Of a DNA stretch of 64,000 nucleotides, positions 59,945 to 64,000 are shown in pieces. The notes under the pieces were generated by a model. The model was not told the DNA's origin. It made no database searches and was given only the letters and a program-made list of their open reading frames with translations. Within the stretch, counting starts at the first letter, position 1, and each line of letters opens with the position of its first letter. The translations under genes and the position numbers were made by a program. Origin of the DNA: an uncultured Candidatus Saccharibacteria bacterium (GTDB lineage Bacteria > Patescibacteriota > Minisyncoccia > UBA6257 > GWB1-50-10). The stretch is from the NCBI GenBank assembly GCA_964365955.1, contig CAYISA010000002.1, positions 23,329 through 87,328 of the forward strand. The letters run 5' to 3'.

Positions 59945-59973
59945 AAAACCCCCGGAATTGTCCGGGGTTTTAG
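59945..59973. terminator. bidirectional rho-independent terminator
   Basis: AAAACCCCGGA-attgt-CCGGGGTTTT. Confidence 0.65.
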
Positions 59974-59998
59974 TTACTCCTTTTAGAGATAAAGCCAT

Positions 59999-60274
59999 TT
60001 ACTTTACCGCTTCTTTCAAAAGCTTTCCTGCGCGGAACTTTGGCTTGGTGGATGCGGCAATCTGGATCGATTCGCCAGTTTTCGGATTCCGTCCCATGCG
60101 CGCCGCACGTTTCACAACACGGAATACCCCGAATCCTGCGACCGCGACTTCTTCGCCGCGGCTCAATGATTTTACAATAGCATCGAAGACTGCTTCTACC
60201 GCTTCACCACCCTGTTTTTTTGTTTCAATACCTGCCGCTTTCATTACGGCTTCTACAAGACCATCTTTTTTCAT
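59999..60274 (-). CDS. hup: HU family DNA-binding protein
   Basis: GFGVF...R.GRNP.TGE...I signature arm. Confidence 0.9.
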   Translation of the reverse strand: MKKDGLVEAVMKAAGIETKKQGGEAVEAVFDAIVKSLSRGEEVAVAGFGVFRVVKRAARMGRNPKTGESIQIAASTKPKFRAGKLLKEAVK

Positions 60275-60456
60275 AAAATTAAGTGTAGGTTGTCTAATCG
60301 ACCTTTTCAGATTCGGCTTCAGTATAGCAAATAAGGAAAATCAAGCAAAAACAGGCCTGTCCACAAGGTGTGGAGCGAGATTTTTTGAAAAAGCTTGAAA
60401 ATAAAGGGATTTCTAAGGTCCTTATTTCAATTGATTTTCTTACACTTTTTGTACTA

Positions 60457-60485
60457 TTGACAAATTAGGATATTAGGAGTATACT
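60457..60485 (+). promoter_or_regulatory. near-consensus sigma70 promoter (TTGACA-N17-TATACT)
   Basis: Read directly from the sequence; GGAGG SD 6 nt before the ATG at 60535. Confidence 0.45.
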
Positions 60486-60534
60486 TACACCAGAATCGAT
60501 TAACAATTTCATTCACTAACTTTTTGGAGGTTGT

Positions 60535-60774
60535 ATGGCTTTGATCCGTGTAACGGTAACTGAAAAATCTGGGCCTTCCCATGTCGTATCCAACATGGAA
60601 ATGCCGATCGTTCCTTTTCTAGATCTTATACTCATTGACGCCTATGGAAAGAAAACTTGCGTTACAAAAGTTTCTTGTCTACTTTCTGACTTCAGCAAAG
60701 GACAGGGCTTGGGTTATCGCGAAAGAGACCCGTATGGGAACGCGATCCAAATCGAATGCGAACCCGTAAAGTAA
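60535..60774 (+). CDS. small hypothetical protein (79 aa)
   Basis: Flanked by strong promoter, SD and terminator. Confidence 0.45.
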   Translation: MALIRVTVTEKSGPSHVVSNMEMPIVPFLDLILIDAYGKKTCVTKVSCLLSDFSKGQGLGYRERDPYGNAIQIECEPVK

Positions 60775-60797
60775 AATGGTTTTCCATCCTCACAATC

Positions 60798-60821
60798 CCC
60801 CGCCTAACCGCGGGGTTTTTT
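60798..60821 (+). terminator. rho-independent terminator
   Basis: CCCCGC-ctaacc-GCGGGG then TTTTTT. Confidence 0.6.
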
Positions 60822-61020
60822 ATAAACTCTCTGTAACTTTCTCTGTTGTCTCAAATCACCAGAATCATTTTTCTCCAGCGGAAAAATGTTCTTTCCGCTC
60901 GGTTGATTTATTTCGCCAAGGCGGAAACCAAGCTAAATCAACCTGCGCGATATGCTTTGAGGCAACAGAGAAAGCCGTGACATAAGAAGCAACCGCATAG
61001 TTTTGAGGAAGCTCTCGGAG

Positions 61021-61066
61021 GCAAAAAAGATTGGTTCCGCCCGCAAAGTGCGGGTGGATTTTTTGC
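61021..61066. terminator. bidirectional terminator, probably the rny terminator
   Basis: GGCAAAAAA...CCGCCCGC-aaag-TGCGGGTGG...TTTTTTGCC, with an A-tract and a T-tract pairing outside the GC stem. Confidence 0.5.
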
Positions 61067-61138
61067 CGAGAGGGCAGACCGCCTTCCGCCGCTGGAGCGG
61101 GAGGACGGTCGGTTCCGAAAAGCTATGCGGTTGCTGGT

Positions 61139-62662
61139 CTACCTAGCAAACTCCACCGCTTTTGTTTCGCGTATTACCGTAACTTTTATCTCCCCCGGAT
61201 AATTTACCTCCGTCTGAATTTTTCCCGCGATTTTCTTGGCCAGTTCAATCGCGCCGAAATCGTCTATTTTCTCCGGCACCACGAATACCCTCACTTCCCG
61301 CCCGGCCGCCACCGCATACGCTTGTTTCACACCCTCAAAGCTGGATGTTACTTTTTCGATATCTTCCAAGCGCTTCAGGTATTTCTCTAGTGTATCGCGC
61401 CGCGCTCCGGGCCGCGCCGCAGAAATTGCATCCGCCGCCGCTACAATATAGGACTCCGGCGTGGAGTACGGATACTCGTCGTGATGTGCTTCCATGCCTT
61501 TAATAACTGCGTCTTCAATGCCGTATTTTTTTAAGAGTTTCCGCCCCAGTTCCACATGCGTACCTTCCACTTCATGGTCAATCGCTTTTCCGATATCGTG
61601 TAAAAGAGCCGCTTTTTTGGTAACGGCTACGTTAATGCCTAGCTCCGCCGCCATCATTCCGGCAATATGCGTCATTTCAAGGGAGTGCTGTAGCACGTTC
61701 TGGCCATAGCTGGTGCGATAATTCAGGCGACCCACCAGATAATTCAGCTCTTTCGGAAGATCCAGAATCCCCACCTCATAGGCGGCATCCTCGCCAATTT
61801 TGCGGATATGTTCTTCCAACTGATTTTTTGCTTCCTCAACTTTTTCTTCAATCTTTGCCGGTTGAATACGGCCGTCTTTAATCAGTTTTTCAAGCGCGAG
61901 TTTTGCAAGTTCGCGGCGCATAGGATCAAACGAAGAAAGTACAATTGCGTCCGGCGTCTCATCTACAATCACCTCAACACCCGTTAAACGCTCGAAGGCG
62001 CGGATATTTCGTCCTTCGCGCCCGATGATTTTCCCTTTCAAGTCTTCGCTTGGGATCTGCACCGATGTGGTGGTAATGTCCGGGATATAATCACGCGCAT
62101 AGCGTTGAATAGCGCCAGTGATAATATCCAGACTTTTTGCCTCGATCGCATCGCGACGTTCCCGCTCAAGCCGCGCGAGTGTCTCCCCCATTTCTTTCCG
62201 GTTCGATTCTTCAAGATCACGGAACAGTTTTTCTCGCGCTTCTTCTTTAGAGAGTCCTGCAACGCGTTCCAGCTCCAACGACGCTTGCGTTTCGCGCTCT
62301 TTAAGCGTTATTTCAAACGTACCCAGACGCTCCCCTTCGTGACGAAGGCGGGCGGATTCGCTGTCCAAACGACCCCGCTCTTTATCGAGCGTGTCCTCTT
62401 TTTTGACCAACCGCTCCTCCATCTTGCGAAGCTCTTCGCGCCGCTCGCGCTCTTCTTTTTGCGCGTCCGCGACAATCGACGCCGCTTTTTCTTTCGCGGC
62501 TACAAGCGCTTCTTTTGCTTGGGCGTTAGCGGCCTCGAGCTCCTTTTTGGATTTCTCTTCGAGTGATCCTTGGACGCGCTTGGCGACCCAGAATCGTGAA
62601 AGATATCCGATTGCGATACCCACTACCGCTAAACCGCCTGTAATCCAGGTGGCTTGATCCAT
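61139..62662 (-). CDS. rny: ribonuclease Y
   Basis: N-terminal TM, coiled coil, KH domain (GKIIGREGRNIR), HD domain (LLHDIGK). Confidence 0.9.
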   Translation of the reverse strand: MDQATWITGGLAVVGIAIGYLSRFWVAKRVQGSLEEKSKKELEAANAQAKEALVAAKEKAASIVADAQKEERERREELRKMEERLVKKEDTLDKERGRLDSESARLRHEGERLGTFEITLKERETQASLELERVAGLSKEEAREKLFRDLEESNRKEMGETLARLERERRDAIEAKSLDIITGAIQRYARDYIPDITTTSVQIPSEDLKGKIIGREGRNIRAFERLTGVEVIVDETPDAIVLSSFDPMRRELAKLALEKLIKDGRIQPAKIEEKVEEAKNQLEEHIRKIGEDAAYEVGILDLPKELNYLVGRLNYRTSYGQNVLQHSLEMTHIAGMMAAELGINVAVTKKAALLHDIGKAIDHEVEGTHVELGRKLLKKYGIEDAVIKGMEAHHDEYPYSTPESYIVAAADAISAARPGARRDTLEKYLKRLEDIEKVTSSFEGVKQAYAVAAGREVRVFVVPEKIDDFGAIELAKKIAGKIQTEVNYPGEIKVTVIRETKAVEFAR

Positions 62663-62799
62663 AAACGAAAATGTTAGTTAAAACTATTGTTGATTGCATC
62701 GACTTTAAAATGCTTCTTTAGTATAACGCGAAGCGCGTCGCGGGGTCAAATAAAAAGGAATGAAAAAATAATCTACCTAAAGTACAATAAAGGAACCTT

Positions 62800-64000
62800 A
62801 TGAAACGTACCTGCGTGCTGGTGGTGCTGGACGGGTGGGGAATCGGTGAACCCGATGCTTCAAACCCCATTCATGTGGCGGATCTGCCCACCATCAAATT
62901 CATTGAAACCAACTTCCCTGCCGGAACCCTGCAGGCCTCCGGCATCACGGTGGGGCTCCCCTGGGAAGAAGAAGGAAACAGCGAGGTGGGGCACTTAACG
63001 CTTGGCGCCGGAAAAATCCTCTATCAGTATTATCCCCGCATCTCGCTTGCGGTGCGTAATAAAAATTTCTTTACGCTTCCCCGCCTGAAGCAGGTATTTG
63101 CGCACGCAAAAAAAACCGGCGGCTCAGTGCATCTGGCAGGACTTTTGACTACTGGAAACGTCCACGCCGCGTGGGAACACCTGGACGCGCTCCTTGAAAT
63201 GGCGAAGCGCGAAACGTGCGCGTCGCTGTTCCTGCATATTTTTACCGACGGACGCGACAGCGATCCGCACTCCGCAAAAAGATTGATAGAAAAACTGGAA
63301 GAAACCGCGAAGGCGAAGGGGGTCGGGAAAATCGCGAGTGTGGTGGGGCGATATTACGCGATGGATCGCGACCGGCATTTTGAACGGACGAAGGAAGCGT
63401 ACGAACTCTTGGTACGCGGCAAAGGATTTGTGCGTCCAATCGAAGAATCAATCCAAAAAGTGTACAGCAAAGATCTAAACGACGAATATATTGAACCAAC
63501 GGCGCCGAACGGACCCATGCCTGTAAAAAACGGCGACGCGCTTCTATTCTTCAACTTTCGCGAAGATCGCATGCGGCAGTTAAGCGAACCGTTTTTAAAT
63601 CCTAAATTCAGCCAGTTTCCCATAGAACAGTTCAAGGATCTTTTTATCGCCACCATGACCGAATACCACAAAGAAATTCCCGGGTATGAAGTATTCGACC
63701 GCGAAATGGTGAACGAGCCGCTTGGAAAGACGCTTGCGGACGCCGAAAAAACCCAGCTCCGCATCGCGGAGACGGAAAAATACGCCCACGTTACTTATTT
63801 TTTCAACGGCTTGCGGGAAGAACCGTTCCCCAACGAATACCGCATTTTGATTCCTTCGCAGTCCGTCTCGCGCCATGATGAGCGCCCCGAAATGATGGCG
63901 ACCGCGATTACCGATCGCGCGATCTCCACCCTGCAGGAAGGGAGCACAGATTTTATTTTAGTGAACTACGCGAATGCCGATATGGTGGCGCACACCGGAA
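62800..64000 (+). CDS. gpmI: 2,3-bisphosphoglycerate-independent phosphoglycerate mutase, 5' part (runs off the window end)
   Basis: VLVVLDGWGIG...GNSEVGHLTLGAGKI; frame open from ATG 62800 to the window end; not in the ORF track because it has no stop. Confidence 0.85.
   Translation, partial: MKRTCVLVVLDGWGIGEPDASNPIHVADLPTIKFIETNFPAGTLQASGITVGLPWEEEGNSEVGHLTLGAGKILYQYYPRISLAVRNKNFFTLPRLKQVFAHAKKTGGSVHLAGLLTTGNVHAAWEHLDALLEMAKRETCASLFLHIFTDGRDSDPHSAKRLIEKLEETAKAKGVGKIASVVGRYYAMDRDRHFERTKEAYELLVRGKGFVRPIEESIQKVYSKDLNDEYIEPTAPNGPMPVKNGDALLFFNFREDRMRQLSEPFLNPKFSQFPIEQFKDLFIATMTEYHKEIPGYEVFDREMVNEPLGKTLADAEKTQLRIAETEKYAHVTYFFNGLREEPFPNEYRILIPSQSVSRHDERPEMMATAITDRAISTLQEGSTDFILVNYANADMVAHTG

Noticed and set aside
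60823-61138. Known small RNAs (SRP/4.5S, 6S, tmRNA, RNase P) in the structured rny-downstream region
   Set aside because: I could not find the conserved SRP helix-8 motif or an RNase P/tmRNA-like length and architecture. Only generic hairpins are present, so no named ncRNA is assigned.
1-64000. CRISPR array or cas genes
   Set aside because: No regularly spaced direct repeats with unique spacers were seen, and there are no Cas-like ORFs. The only tandem repeats are coding ones (47640-47759).

Overview
This 64 kb bacterial window has two compositionally distinct halves. By eye, positions 1-30.4 kb are AT-rich and densely packed, almost all on the minus strand, with glycan-biosynthesis genes: 5 GT4 and 3 GT2 glycosyltransferases, 7 SAM-dependent methyltransferases including a TylCIII-like sugar C-methyltransferase, a complete GDP-D-glycero-alpha-D-manno-heptose pathway (GmhA/HddA/GmhB/HddC) with a transaldolase, a WbpA/WbpB/WbpE-like dehydrogenase/oxidoreductase/aminotransferase trio, and a Gmd-like 4,6-dehydratase with an FdtA-like cupin. 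The island also carries a higher-GC insert encoding an HD-domain protein and a truncated IS481-family transposase fragment, and one methyltransferase is broken by a frameshift at an A7 homopolymer. Immediately next to the island, from 30.5 to 35.9 kb, a minus-strand operon encodes a 1111-aa Ser/Thr/Gly-rich secreted protein with a peptidoglycan-binding domain (S-layer-like), an O-antigen-ligase-family membrane protein, and a TM+TPR-like protein. Together these look like an uncharacterised surface-protein O-glycosylation system that adds a heavily methylated, heptose-containing glycan. The rest of the window, which is higher in GC, is housekeeping and envelope genes: clpB, an HtrA protease, a SIMPL protein, a cysteine desulfurase with insertions, two convergent NUDIX-family genes, mgtC, a PduO-type adenosyltransferase, an ArfB-like protein with GGS in place of GGQ, an MltB-like transglycosylase, znuCB-like ABC transporter genes, a tatA-like gene, a DksA/TraR-family protein, an ECF sigma/anti-sigma/secreted-protein operon, HU, RNase Y, and a 5'-partial gpmI. 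It also holds five tRNAs (His, Phe, Arg, Pro, Gly). The organism is probably a monoderm bacterium, possibly uncultivated/CPR-like (low-confidence inference). No CRISPR array was seen. Every call rests on motif recognition by eye; no searches were run.
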